From NCBI GenBank assembly GCA_011391255.1, contig JAABQV010000004.1:97084-161083 (forward strand): a stretch of 64,000 nucleotides of DNA. The letters are read 5' to 3'. How positions within the stretch are numbered: the stretch's first letter is position 1; every line of letters begins with the position of its first letter. Below are positions 41,757-51,478 of this stretch, one piece after another. A model generated the notes under the pieces. It had not been told where the DNA came from. It saw only the letters and a program-made list of their open reading frames with translations, and searched no databases. The position numbers and the translations under genes were made by a program. The DNA is from Dechloromonas sp. GTDB taxonomy: Bacteria > Pseudomonadota > Gammaproteobacteria > Burkholderiales > Rhodocyclaceae.

Positions 41757-42470
41757 TCAGCGTTGCAGGCCTTTGATCCAGACCGAGTAAAGTTGCTGGG
41801 ACAACTGGCGCATGACCGGCAGCCGCTCAGCGATTTGTGCCTGCATTTGCTCAGGATTCTGAACGCTGGGCAGATCGGCGACCGCCAATGCTTCATCAGC
41901 CCATTGTTCGCACCAGGTGGCGATCATTTCCGGGGTCATTTCAACGTGGCACTGCATACCCAGATGCGGGCCGAGGGCGAACATCTGGTGGCTGCAGTGG
42001 GCGTTGGAAACGAGGTGGGTTGCCCCGGCGGGCAGGCTGAAGGTTTCACCATGCCAGTGAAAAGCCATTGCTGATTTGCCGGAAAACTCACCCAGCCAAT
42101 CGGCGGCGATCTTGCCTTCGGCGCCAACAGCCGCACCCCAGCCAATTTCCTTGACCGGGTTTCTAGTTACTGTGCCACCGAGCGCCTTGCTCATCAGCTG
42201 GCCGCCCAGGCAGTGACCGATAACCGGCACATTCTTCGCCACCGCTTCGCGGATCAGCGCGCACACCGGTGCTATCCAGGGCAGCGGATCGTTGACGCTC
42301 ATCGGCCCGCCCATAAAACAAAGGCCGGAAAAGCTGTCGACCGCAACCGGCACGGCCTCGCCTTCATCGAGGGCAATCAGTTTCCATGGAATCCCTTGCT
42401 GCTCAAGGAATATGGCAAAATAGCCCGGACCTTCAGTGGGGGAGTGGCGAAAAATGGCAACTGGGCGCAT
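41757..42470 (-). CDS. Type 1 glutamine amidotransferase-like protein
   Basis: MGGPMSVND, GHCLGGQL (nucleophile Cys), QCHVE (His-Glu); start MRPVAIF. Confidence 0.88.
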   Translation of the reverse strand: MRPVAIFRHSPTEGPGYFAIFLEQQGIPWKLIALDEGEAVPVAVDSFSGLCFMGGPMSVNDPLPWIAPVCALIREAVAKNVPVIGHCLGGQLMSKALGGTVTRNPVKEIGWGAAVGAEGKIAADWLGEFSGKSAMAFHWHGETFSLPAGATHLVSNAHCSHQMFALGPHLGMQCHVEMTPEMIATWCEQWADEALAVADLPSVQNPEQMQAQIAERLPVMRQLSQQLYSVWIKGLQR

Positions 42471-42492
42471 GCTGGGCAAAGTGGTGGGTGGA

Positions 42493-43128
42493 GTGAGCTT
42501 GCATATTACCTTGCTGGCTTTCCTTTGCTGCTTCCCGGTGCATGCTGCAGCGGTCGATATTGGTCTGGCTGGCATCATGGGTAGTCGGGCGATGCTGATG
42601 ATCAATGGTAGCGAGCCGAAAGCGGTTGCTGTTGGTCAGTCAATTGAGGGCATCCGGCTGATTTCTGTGAGTAGCGATCAGGTGGTTGTCGAGGTGGATG
42701 GAAAAAAACGGCCTTTGCGAATTGGTCAGCATGCGGTTGGGAGTGCCAGCGCTGATGGCTCCGGCAAGGTCATTTTGACTGCCGATAGCCGGGGGCATTT
42801 TGTGACGAATGGTGCGGTTAACGGCGTTTCTGTGCGCTTTTTGGTCGATACCGGAGCGACCATGATCTCCCTTGGTGCCAGCGATGCGAAGCGGATCGGA
42901 ATCGATCCAAGCAAGGGCCAGCGCGGCATGACGAATACGGCCAATGGTCAGGCGCAGGTAAGTATGGTGAAGTTGGATAAGGTGCGCGTTGGCGATGTCA
43001 CGCTGCACAATGTGGATGGATTGGTGCACCAAAATGATCTGCCGGTAGCGCTGCTCGGTATGAGTTTTTTGAACCGCATGGAAATGCAGCGCGATGGCGG
43101 TACGATGACGCTGAAAAAACAATATTAG
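42493..43128 (+). CDS. Clan AA retropepsin-like aspartic protease (TIGR02281-like)
   Basis: FLVDTGATMI, TANG, LLGMSFL; signal peptide; start uncertain. Confidence 0.85.
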   Translation: MSLHITLLAFLCCFPVHAAAVDIGLAGIMGSRAMLMINGSEPKAVAVGQSIEGIRLISVSSDQVVVEVDGKKRPLRIGQHAVGSASADGSGKVILTADSRGHFVTNGAVNGVSVRFLVDTGATMISLGASDAKRIGIDPSKGQRGMTNTANGQAQVSMVKLDKVRVGDVTLHNVDGLVHQNDLPVALLGMSFLNRMEMQRDGGTMTLKKQY

Positions 43129-43140
43129 GAGAGAGAAGTC

Positions 43141-43398
43141 ATGCCGGGTCGGGATAAAGAAATTACGCTATTGAGCCGCGAGTTGGAAATATTGATGAAT
43201 GAGCGGCAAACCCTGCTGCGCGTGGTTGGTGCTTCCGCCGCCCTGATCGCCACTCTCGACAGCAAGCGTCTGCCGGTAGGTGCCGTTGAAGCCGCCGATA
43301 TGGTTGCAACCTCGATTAACGGTCTTTCCGAAGAAACGCTCCAGGATGCGCTGAACGCGGTGCATGCCGAAATCGAGGACGACGCGACGACGGCATGA
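43141..43398 (+). CDS. Small hypothetical protein
   Basis: 85-aa helical ORF with SD ggagag; ATGA overlap with the next gene. Confidence 0.7.
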   Translation: MPGRDKEITLLSRELEILMNERQTLLRVVGASAALIATLDSKRLPVGAVEAADMVATSINGLSEETLQDALNAVHAEIEDDATTA

Positions 43399-43988
43399 GC
43401 GTCGATCTCGCGCAGATTCGGCGCAGTCTGCTGACTGAGCCGCTGGCCGGGCAATTTATTCAGGAGGATGGCGGCGAAGGTCTTCCGCTGACCCCGGCTG
43501 CTGTGCTTTTCCCGATTGTCTTGCGCGAAGGTGGTGCCACGGTTTTATTGACTCAACGCACGGCACATTTGCGTGATCACGCCGGGCAAATAAGTTTCCC
43601 CGGTGGTCGGGTCGAAGAAGAAGATATCTCGCCCAGTCACACTGCGCTACGCGAAACCGAGGAGGAAATCGGCCTTGCCCGCGAGCACATTGAGATCATT
43701 GGCTTTTTGCCGGAGTATCGCACCGGTACCGGTTTTTGTGTGACACCAGTGGTTGCGCTGGTGCGCCCGCCATTTGTCATCAAACCTGACCCCTTTGAGG
43801 TGGCAGAAGTTTTTGAGGTGCCGCTGGCTTTTTTTCTTGATCCCGAAAATCACCAGCCCCACTCGATGCATTATCGTGGCGCCTTACGCCACTTTTTCGC
43901 GATGCCCTACGGAGATTACTTTATTTGGGGCGCGACGGCCGGCATGATCCGCTCCCTGACTGAGCGTCTTGGCTTACATCCGGCCTGA
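43395..43988 (+). CDS. CoA pyrophosphatase (Nudix, NudL/PCD1 family)
   Basis: HAGQISFPGGR...ALRETEEEIG, IWGATA. Confidence 0.9.
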   Translation: MSVDLAQIRRSLLTEPLAGQFIQEDGGEGLPLTPAAVLFPIVLREGGATVLLTQRTAHLRDHAGQISFPGGRVEEEDISPSHTALRETEEEIGLAREHIEIIGFLPEYRTGTGFCVTPVVALVRPPFVIKPDPFEVAEVFEVPLAFFLDPENHQPHSMHYRGALRHFFAMPYGDYFIWGATAGMIRSLTERLGLHPA

Positions 43989-44253
43989 GATGTCACCGGA
44001 TTGTCAGGAAAATTCCTGTTGAATTCGACGATTTCGCTACGTTGTCGGTGAGTTTTTTGGGTATGATCGAAGAGTTTCCTTTGCGTGTGACGGTTGCTTT
44101 CAGCGCCATCGCAGGGAACTGGATCGCGGTTCATTGCGGGCGAACGCAAGCGCCCCGTGGATGCCGGGTTTTGACCCGGTAGCTCGATCGTAGGTATGTT
44201 TTTGTTGGGGCTTGCCGCCTGGTGAGCCAAACACAATTTATCAGGAGATTTAC

Positions 44254-45435
44254 ATGAGCAGAGATGTCGTCGTTCTAAGTGCAGTTCGTTCCCCAATTGG
44301 CTCTTTCGGTGGTTCCCTGGCCGATTTTGAAAGCACCGAACTCGCCGGTGTGGTGATGAAGGAAGCGATTGCCCGCTCCGGTGTTGATCCGCAAGCCATT
44401 AATTACGTAACCGTTGGCACGACGATGCCGACCGATTCCCGCTACGCTTACGTTTCCCGCGTTGCCTCCATTCAGGCCGGCTTGTCAATGGATTCAGTGG
44501 CAATGCAGGTTTCCCGTCTGTGCGCCTCCGGCCTGCAGGGTATCGTTACCACCGCCCAAAACCTGATGCTGGGTGATGCCGATTACGGTATCGGTGGTGG
44601 CGTTGAAGTCATGTCCAAAGCAGCTTACCTGATGCCGGCGCTGCGTAGCGGTGCCCGCATGGGCGACACCAAGGCAATCGACTCCATGGTTGCCGTGCTG
44701 ACTGACCCGTTTGGCGTTGGCCACATGGGTATCACCGCTGAAAATCTCGCCGTCAAACATGGCTTTACCCGTGAAGATCAGGATGCGCTGGCTGTTGAAT
44801 CGCAGCGTCGCGCCACGGTTGCTATCGCCGAAGGTCGTTTCAAGTCACAGATTTTCCCGATCGTCAAACAGACCCGCAAGGGCGAAGTAGTTTTCGACAC
44901 CGACGAGTACGTCAAGTCCAACACGACGATGGAAACGTTGGCCAAGATGAAACCGGCTTTCAAGAAAGACGGTACCGTTACCGCCGGTAACGCTTCCGGT
45001 ATCAATGACGGCGCGGCATTCTTCGTTTTGGCTGCCGCCGATGTCGCTGCCAAGGCTGGTCACAAGGCGATGGCTCGTATCGCTTCCTACGCGGTTGCTG
45101 GTGTGCCAAATGACATCATGGGCGAAGGCCCGATCCCGGCAACCAAGTTGGCCCTGAAAAAGGCTGGCCTGACCCTGGATCAGATGGATGTCATCGAATC
45201 CAACGAAGCGTTTGCAGCGCAGGCTCTGACTGTTACCAAAGTGCTCGGTCTCGACCCGGCCAAGACCAACGTGAACGGCGGCGCTATCGCCCTCGGCCAC
45301 CCGGTTGGTTGTTCCGGTGCTTTCATCGCTACCAAGGCTTTGTACGAACTTGAGCGCGTTGGCGGCAAGTACGCACTGGTCACCATGTGTATCGGTGGCG
45401 GTCAGGGTATTGCGGTTATTTTCGAACGCGCCTGA
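44254..45435 (+). CDS. bktB: Acetyl-CoA C-acyltransferase (BktB-like beta-ketothiolase)
   Basis: RLCASG, TAGNASGINDGA, NEAFA, GHPVG, CIGGGQG; SD aggag. Confidence 0.88.
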   Translation: MSRDVVVLSAVRSPIGSFGGSLADFESTELAGVVMKEAIARSGVDPQAINYVTVGTTMPTDSRYAYVSRVASIQAGLSMDSVAMQVSRLCASGLQGIVTTAQNLMLGDADYGIGGGVEVMSKAAYLMPALRSGARMGDTKAIDSMVAVLTDPFGVGHMGITAENLAVKHGFTREDQDALAVESQRRATVAIAEGRFKSQIFPIVKQTRKGEVVFDTDEYVKSNTTMETLAKMKPAFKKDGTVTAGNASGINDGAAFFVLAAADVAAKAGHKAMARIASYAVAGVPNDIMGEGPIPATKLALKKAGLTLDQMDVIESNEAFAAQALTVTKVLGLDPAKTNVNGGAIALGHPVGCSGAFIATKALYELERVGGKYALVTMCIGGGQGIAVIFERA

Positions 45436-45453
45436 TCTCTCCCGTTGTTTTTC

Positions 45454-45489
45454 AAAAAGCCCACGGGAGCAATCTTGTGGGTTTTTTTT
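45454..45489 (+). terminator. Intrinsic terminator after the thiolase
   Basis: aaagcccacggga-gcaa-tcttgtgggt followed by a T8 run. Confidence 0.75.
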
Positions 45490-45593
45490 GCACCACTTTG
45501 TTTGAGGGCGCACCGAGTTGGGGCGCAAGGTTGGGCTGTGAATTCATAATTACATGATTTGATTCGCCTTTGGCCTGTGGCATGAAAACTGCT
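45489..45593 (+). promoter_or_regulatory. Sigma54 (-24/-12) promoter with two NtrC-like upstream boxes
   Basis: TGGCATGAAAACTGCT (GG-N10-GC) at 45578-45593; TGCACCA-ctt-TGTTTGA at 45489 and cGCACCg-agt-TGGgGCg at 45509. Confidence 0.6.
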
Positions 45594-45632
45594 GACTTAA
45601 TGCGGAGAGAATCCTCAGCGACGAGTCAAAAT

Positions 45633-47045
45633 ATGAACTTTTATAACGAAATGATCGACGCCGATAACGGTGTCCGCGCTCATTACCGGGCTTACGACGA
45701 ATGGCTCAAGGCCACGCCGGCTGACCGCATCGCACGCAAGCGAGCCGAGGCTGATCTGGCCTTTCACCGAGTTGGTATTACCTTTGCGGTTTATGGTGAA
45801 GAAGCGGGTAAGGAACGCCTGATTCCCTTCGACATCATTCCGCGCATCATCCCCTCGCAGGAATGGAAGTCGATGCAGGCCGGACTGCGCCAGCGGGTCA
45901 AAACGCTGAATTTGTTCCTGCACGATGTTTATCACGATCAGGAAATTCTCAAGGCGGGCAAGATCCCGGCTGAGCAGATTCTTAATAATGCGCAATACCG
46001 TCCGGTGATGAAGGGCGTCGATGTGCCGGGTGGCGTTTATGCGCACATAGCCGGCGTCGATATTGTCCGAGCCGGTGCCGGTGAGTTCTACGTGCTGGAA
46101 GACAACCTGCGCGTTCCCTCCGGCGTTTCCTACATGCTCGAAGACCGCAAGATGATGATGCGCCTCTTCCCCGAGTTGTTTGCCAAGCACAAGGTAGCGC
46201 CGGTTCAGCATTACCCGGACATGCTGCTGGAAAAGCTGCGCGCGGTGGCGCCGAATGGTGTCAATGATCCGACGGTCGTCGTCCTGACCCCCGGCGCCTA
46301 CAATAGCGCTTACTTTGAACACACCTTCCTCGCTCAACAGATGGGCGTCGAATTGGTTGAAGGCCGCGATCTTTTCGTCAAGAACGAAACGGTTTACATG
46401 CGCACGACGCAGGGGCCGCAGCGCGTCGATGTGATTTACCGCCGGATCGATGACGATTACATGGATCCGGAAGTTTTCCGTAGCGATTCGACGCTGGGTG
46501 TGCCTGGCATCCTGCGCGCCTATCAGGCTGGTAATGTGACCCTGGCTAACGCGATTGGCACTGGCGTCGCCGATGACAAGTCGATTTACCCCTATGTGCC
46601 GGAGATGATTCGCTTCTATCTGGGCGAGGAGCCGATTCTCAACAACGTGCCGACCCATATGTGTCGCAAGCCGGAAGAACTCAAATACGTGCTTGCTCAC
46701 CTCTCGGAACTGGTCGTCAAGGAAGTCCATGGCGCTGGCGGTTACGGCATGCTGGTTGGTCCTGCATCGACCAAGGAACAGATCGAGCATTTCCGCAAAC
46801 TGTTGATCGCCAAGCCGGATGGCTATATTGCTCAGCCGACGCTGGCGCTTTCCAATTGCCCGACTTTTGTCGAAGAAGGCATCGCCCCGCGCCACCTCGA
46901 TCTGCGCCCCTTCGTCTTGTCGTCCGGCAAGTGCGTCAATATGGTGCCCGGAGGATTGACCCGCGTCGCGCTCACCGAGGGCTCGCTGGTTGTTAATTCG
47001 TCGCAGGGCGGCGGTACCAAAGACACCTGGATTCTGGAGGACTGA
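45633..47045 (+). CDS. Circularly permuted type 2 ATP-grasp protein
   Basis: VLEDNLRVPSGVSY, VDVIYRRIDD, GVADDK, LVVKEVHGAGGYGM, DLRPF, NSSQGGGTKDTW. Confidence 0.9.
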   Translation: MNFYNEMIDADNGVRAHYRAYDEWLKATPADRIARKRAEADLAFHRVGITFAVYGEEAGKERLIPFDIIPRIIPSQEWKSMQAGLRQRVKTLNLFLHDVYHDQEILKAGKIPAEQILNNAQYRPVMKGVDVPGGVYAHIAGVDIVRAGAGEFYVLEDNLRVPSGVSYMLEDRKMMMRLFPELFAKHKVAPVQHYPDMLLEKLRAVAPNGVNDPTVVVLTPGAYNSAYFEHTFLAQQMGVELVEGRDLFVKNETVYMRTTQGPQRVDVIYRRIDDDYMDPEVFRSDSTLGVPGILRAYQAGNVTLANAIGTGVADDKSIYPYVPEMIRFYLGEEPILNNVPTHMCRKPEELKYVLAHLSELVVKEVHGAGGYGMLVGPASTKEQIEHFRKLLIAKPDGYIAQPTLALSNCPTFVEEGIAPRHLDLRPFVLSSGKCVNMVPGGLTRVALTEGSLVVNSSQGGGTKDTWILED

Positions 47046-47047
47046 TC

Positions 47048-48001
47048 ATGCTATCCCGCACCGCCGACCATCTTTTCTGGATGTCGCGCTACATTGAGCG
47101 CGCTGAAAATCTCGCCCGCCTGCTTGATGTCACCTGGCAAATGTCGCTGGTTCCGCAACCCGTTGAGGTTGCCAACCAGAACTGGAAGGCGATCATCGCC
47201 CTGAATAGCCTCGAAGAGTCGTTTGAAAAGAAGTATTCCACGGTCAACGCCGAAAACGTGCTGCGTTTTATGGTCAGCGACACCGACAACTATGCGTCGA
47301 TTCACAGCTGCCTGCGTTTGGCCCGGGAAAATGCGCACGCAGTGCGCGGCACAATCACCTCGGAAATGTGGGAGACGCTCAACTCAACCTGGCTCGATGC
47401 CCGTGAAAAAACCTTTGAGCAACTCTACGGCGCCGGGATTGCCGATTTTTTCGAGTGGGTTAAGATGCGCTCATCGCTGTCGCGCGGTACGACGCTGGGA
47501 ACCTTGTTGCAGGACGATTCCTATCACTTTATCCGCTTGGGTACCCTGCTCGAGCGTGCTGACAATACCGCCCGTATCCTCGATGTGAAGTATCACGTCC
47601 TTCGCCCGCAAGGTGAAGAAGAGGGGGCGACTGACTTCTACCAGTGGGGCGCCTTGTTGCGTTCGGTTTCCGCCTTCGAGGTCTACCGCAAGGCCTTCCG
47701 CGACGTAATTACACCGGAACGTGTCGCCGAGTTATTAGTACTACGCAGCGACATGCCGCGCTCACTGCATTTCTGCTTGAACGGCGTCATCAAGACGCTC
47801 GACCTGTTGGCGAATGCTCATTCGCATGAAACCCAGCGCCAGGCCGGCATGTTGCACGCGCTGTTGCACTATGCCCGGGTCGAGGACATTCTTGAGCAAG
47901 GCTTGCACGAGTGGCTGACCGACTTTATGGATCGTATTTACTTGCTCGGTAACGGTATCAGCAGGGATTTCCTGATGCCAATGGTCGAAGAAGCTGCCTG
48001 A
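47048..48001 (+). CDS. Alpha-E domain protein
   Basis: MLSRTADHLFWMSRYIERAEN and LERADNTARILD (two ER motifs). Confidence 0.9.
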   Translation: MLSRTADHLFWMSRYIERAENLARLLDVTWQMSLVPQPVEVANQNWKAIIALNSLEESFEKKYSTVNAENVLRFMVSDTDNYASIHSCLRLARENAHAVRGTITSEMWETLNSTWLDAREKTFEQLYGAGIADFFEWVKMRSSLSRGTTLGTLLQDDSYHFIRLGTLLERADNTARILDVKYHVLRPQGEEEGATDFYQWGALLRSVSAFEVYRKAFRDVITPERVAELLVLRSDMPRSLHFCLNGVIKTLDLLANAHSHETQRQAGMLHALLHYARVEDILEQGLHEWLTDFMDRIYLLGNGISRDFLMPMVEEAA

Positions 48002-48019
48002 TATCAACGGAGAATATTT

Positions 48020-51000
48020 GTGTCTATCCATGTTGCACTGAACCACGTTACGCATTACTCCTACGATCGCCTGATCAATCTTGGGCCGCAGGTCGTTCGC
48101 CTGCGTCCTTGCCCGCATTCGCGCACGCGCATTGTTTCCTACTCGCTGAAGATTGGGCCGGAGACGCATTTCATCAACTGGCAGCAGGATCCGCAGTCCA
48201 ACTGGCTGGCTCGTCTGGTGTTTCCAGAGAAAACACGGGATTTCCGTGTCGAGGTTGACCTCGTCGCCGAGATGTCGGTCATTAATCCCTTCGATTTCTT
48301 CCTTGAGCCTTACGCCGAAGAAATTCCCTTTACCTACGAAGCAGCGCAGCGCCACGAGCTCGAGCCATATTTGCAGAAATTGCCGGCCGGTCCGAAATTT
48401 CAGGCTTACGTCGACAGCATTTCGCTGACACCCTTGCGTAGCGTTGACTTCCTTGTTGCGCTGAACGCCCGCGTTCAACAATCGGTCGGCTACACCATTC
48501 GTATGGAACCCGGCGTTCAGACGCCGGAAGAGACCCTGGTCAAGGCCTCCGGCTCCTGCCGCGATTCGGCCTGGTTACTGGTGCAGATTCTGCGTCATAT
48601 CGGCCTCGCCGCGCGCTTTGTTTCCGGCTATTTAATCCAGTTGACCGCAGACGTTAAGTCGCTTGATGGCCCTTCAGGCCCGGAAAAGGATTTCACCGAT
48701 CTGCACGCCTGGTGCGAAGTTTATTTGCCGGGTGCCGGCTGGGTTGGCCTTGATCCGACTTCCGGCCTGTTCGCCGGCGAAGGCCATATTCCGCTCGCTT
48801 GCACCCCCGAGCCGTCATCGGCGGCGCCGGTCAGCGGCGGTATCGACGATTGCGAAACCGAGTTCGAGCATCACATGCAGGTGACGCGAATCTGGGAAGC
48901 GCCGCGGGTTACCAAGCCTTACACCGACGAACAATGGCTGGAAATTGAAGGCCTCGGCCATAAGGTTGACGAACAGTTGCTGGATATGGACGTTCGCCTT
49001 ACGCAAGGTGGCGAACCAACCTTTGTGGCGGTCGACGACCCCGATGGCGCCGAATGGAATACTGAGGCGATGGGCCCGACCAAGCGGCTTTACGCAGCCG
49101 AAGTCTTCCATCGTTTGCGTGAAAAATATGCCCCGCATGGCCTCATGCACTTTGGCCAGGGCAAGTGGTATCCCGGCGAGCAACTCCCGCGTTGGAGCTT
49201 GAATTGCTACTGGCGCAAGGATGCACAGCCGATCTGGAACGATCCCAGTCTTTACGCCAACGAAAAACTCGACTACGGCGTAACCAGCGCGCATTCCTCA
49301 GAATTTATGAGGCGGGTTGCTGAAAAGCTCAAGCTCGACCCGCAATACGTCTTCCCGGCTTTTGAAGATATCTATTACTACATGTGGCGCGAGCGCCGCC
49401 TGCCGGGTAATGTCGATCCCTTTGATTCGCGCGTTGATGATGAACTGGAGCGTGAGCGCCTGATGCGCGTATTCACGCAGGGAATGACCTACACCGTCGG
49501 CCATGTCTTCCCGGTGATGAAAAATGCTGCCGGCCAGTGGCAAACCGGGCCCTGGTTCCTGCGCTCCGAGCGCTGCTATCTGTTCCCCGGCGATTCCGCC
49601 ATGGGCTATCGTTTGCCGCTTGACTCGCAGCCATGGGCTTCGAAGGCTGATTATCCCTACATGACGCCGCCTGACCCGGCGCAACCGGTAGCCGCATTGC
49701 GCAGCCATGCCGAGATTCGTCGTCAGTTCGAGCGTGCCTCAACGCTGGCTGCAGGTTATGGCGAATCTACTGCCGGCCAAGTTGGTTCGCTTGCGGCAGG
49801 GCCGGGCGTCAGTGCCAGTGGTGATGGTTCGGGTGATGGCAATGGCCAGCGCCCAGACCTGCGCCCCTCAGCCAAACAATCCGCTGGCTGGATTACGCGC
49901 ATGGCGATGTCGGCCGAGCCGCGCGAAGGCAAGCTCTACATTTTCATGCCGCCGACCAATACGCTGGACGACTATCTTGAATTGGTTACCGCCGTCGAGT
50001 TAACCGCCGAAGAGATGCGTCTGCCGGTCATCCTCGAAGGTTACGAGCCGCCGTCAGATCCGCGCCTGACCAGCTTCCGCGTCACACCCGATCCGGGCGT
50101 TATCGAAGTCAATATTCACCCGGCGCATAGCTGGGATAAATTGGTCGAGCAAACCACCCATCTTTACGATGCCGCCCATATTTCGCGCCTGACGACTGAA
50201 AAATTCATGGTCGATGGCCGCCACACCGGCACCGGTGGCGGAAATCACTTTGTCCTTGGTGGTGCCACGCCCGCTGATTCACCGTTCCTCCGCCGTCCGG
50301 ATTTGCTGCGTAGCCTGGTCGCTTACTGGCACAATCATCCCAGCCTCTCCTACCTGTTCTCCGGCCTGTTCATCGGCCCGACCAGTCAGGCGCCGCGGGT
50401 TGATGAAGCGCGCAACGACAGCCTCTACGAGCTGGAAATCGCCTTCAGCCAGATTCCGCCGGTCGGTGACTACATTCCGCCCTGGCTGGTTGATCGCGTG
50501 TTGCGCAACTTGCTGACCGACGTTACCGGCAACACCCACCGCTCCGAGTTCTGTATCGACAAGCTCTTTTCACCGGATGGCCCGACCGGTCGTCTAGGTC
50601 TACTTGAATTGCGTGCTTTCGAAATGCCGCCGCATGCACGCATGTCGCTGACGCAGCAATTGCTGCTGCGCGCGATGATTGCCCGTTTCTGGGAAGAGCC
50701 CTACAACCCGCCGCGTCTGGCGCGCTGGGGAACCGAGTTGCACGACCGCTTCATGCTGCCACATTTTGTTGAGCAGGATTTCCGCGACGTCATGGAAGAA
50801 ATGCAGCTTGCCGGCTTCCCGATGCAGGTCGAATGGTTTGCCCCGCACTTCGAGTTCCGCTTCCCGAAATATGGTGACTTCACCGTCAAGGGGATCGAGT
50901 TCGAGTTGCGTCATGCGCTGGAGCCATGGCACGTCATGGGTGAGGAAGGTTCGCCCGGTGGCACGGTGCGTTACGTCGATTCGTCACTTGAGCGCGTTCA

Positions 51001-51400
51001 GGTCAAGATCAAGGGCATGGCGCCTGATCGTTACGTCCTGACCTGTAATGGCGTTGCCGTACCGCTGCAAAACACCGGCATCAACGGTGAGTTTGTTGCC
51101 GGTGTCCGCTATCGCGCCTGGCAGCCGCCGTCTTGCCTGCATCCGACGATAGGTGTCGATGCGCCTTTGGTCTTCGATATTGTCGATACCTGGATGCAAC
51201 GTTCCCTTGGGGGTTGTCAATACCATGTGGCGCATCCCGGCGGGCGCAGTTTTGATACCTGCCCGGTTAACGCATTTGAGGCAGAGAGCCGTCGTCTGGC
51301 GCGCTTCTTCCGCTTTGGCCACACGCCGGGAACAATGCAGGTGGCAGCGCCGGAGTTCAGCGCCGAACACCCGTTTACGCTAGACTTGCGCCGTTTTTAA
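48020..51400 (+). CDS. Transglutaminase-like domain plus DUF2126 putative amidoligase fusion
   Basis: GSCRDSAW/LHAW/LDPT catalytic triad; DPGVIEVN, HTGTGGGNH, QAPRVDE, GNTHRSEFCIDK, LELRAFEMPP. Confidence 0.88.
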   Translation: MSIHVALNHVTHYSYDRLINLGPQVVRLRPCPHSRTRIVSYSLKIGPETHFINWQQDPQSNWLARLVFPEKTRDFRVEVDLVAEMSVINPFDFFLEPYAEEIPFTYEAAQRHELEPYLQKLPAGPKFQAYVDSISLTPLRSVDFLVALNARVQQSVGYTIRMEPGVQTPEETLVKASGSCRDSAWLLVQILRHIGLAARFVSGYLIQLTADVKSLDGPSGPEKDFTDLHAWCEVYLPGAGWVGLDPTSGLFAGEGHIPLACTPEPSSAAPVSGGIDDCETEFEHHMQVTRIWEAPRVTKPYTDEQWLEIEGLGHKVDEQLLDMDVRLTQGGEPTFVAVDDPDGAEWNTEAMGPTKRLYAAEVFHRLREKYAPHGLMHFGQGKWYPGEQLPRWSLNCYWRKDAQPIWNDPSLYANEKLDYGVTSAHSSEFMRRVAEKLKLDPQYVFPAFEDIYYYMWRERRLPGNVDPFDSRVDDELERERLMRVFTQGMTYTVGHVFPVMKNAAGQWQTGPWFLRSERCYLFPGDSAMGYRLPLDSQPWASKADYPYMTPPDPAQPVAALRSHAEIRRQFERASTLAAGYGESTAGQVGSLAAGPGVSASGDGSGDGNGQRPDLRPSAKQSAGWITRMAMSAEPREGKLYIFMPPTNTLDDYLELVTAVELTAEEMRLPVILEGYEPPSDPRLTSFRVTPDPGVIEVNIHPAHSWDKLVEQTTHLYDAAHISRLTTEKFMVDGRHTGTGGGNHFVLGGATPADSPFLRRPDLLRSLVAYWHNHPSLSYLFSGLFIGPTSQAPRVDEARNDSLYELEIAFSQIPPVGDYIPPWLVDRVLRNLLTDVTGNTHRSEFCIDKLFSPDGPTGRLGLLELRAFEMPPHARMSLTQQLLLRAMIARFWEEPYNPPRLARWGTELHDRFMLPHFVEQDFRDVMEEMQLAGFPMQVEWFAPHFEFRFPKYGDFTVKGIEFELRHALEPWHVMGEEGSPGGTVRYVDSSLERVQVKIKGMAPDRYVLTCNGVAVPLQNTGINGEFVAGVRYRAWQPPSCLHPTIGVDAPLVFDIVDTWMQRSLGGCQYHVAHPGGRSFDTCPVNAFEAESRRLARFFRFGHTPGTMQVAAPEFSAEHPFTLDLRRF

Positions 51401-51478
51401 CCGGCAATTTGCAAGCGTGGCTTGCGCCCCGCAATGTCGGGGTGTGAGCCTGCGCTGCAAAACGTAAACTCAGGCGTC

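Noticed and set aside
45615-46895. Long antisense ORFs (426 aa here; also 15623-16336, 32507-33133, 39316-39999 and others)
   Set aside because: They are shadows of high-GC coding genes on the opposite strand and have no motifs or RBS.
51409-51425. Region near a second GG-N10-GC element (tggcttgcgccccgca, about 51419-51434) before the ATP-grasp/alpha-E fusion gene
   Set aside because: Poor match outside GG and GC, and no activator sites; likely chance in GC-rich DNA.
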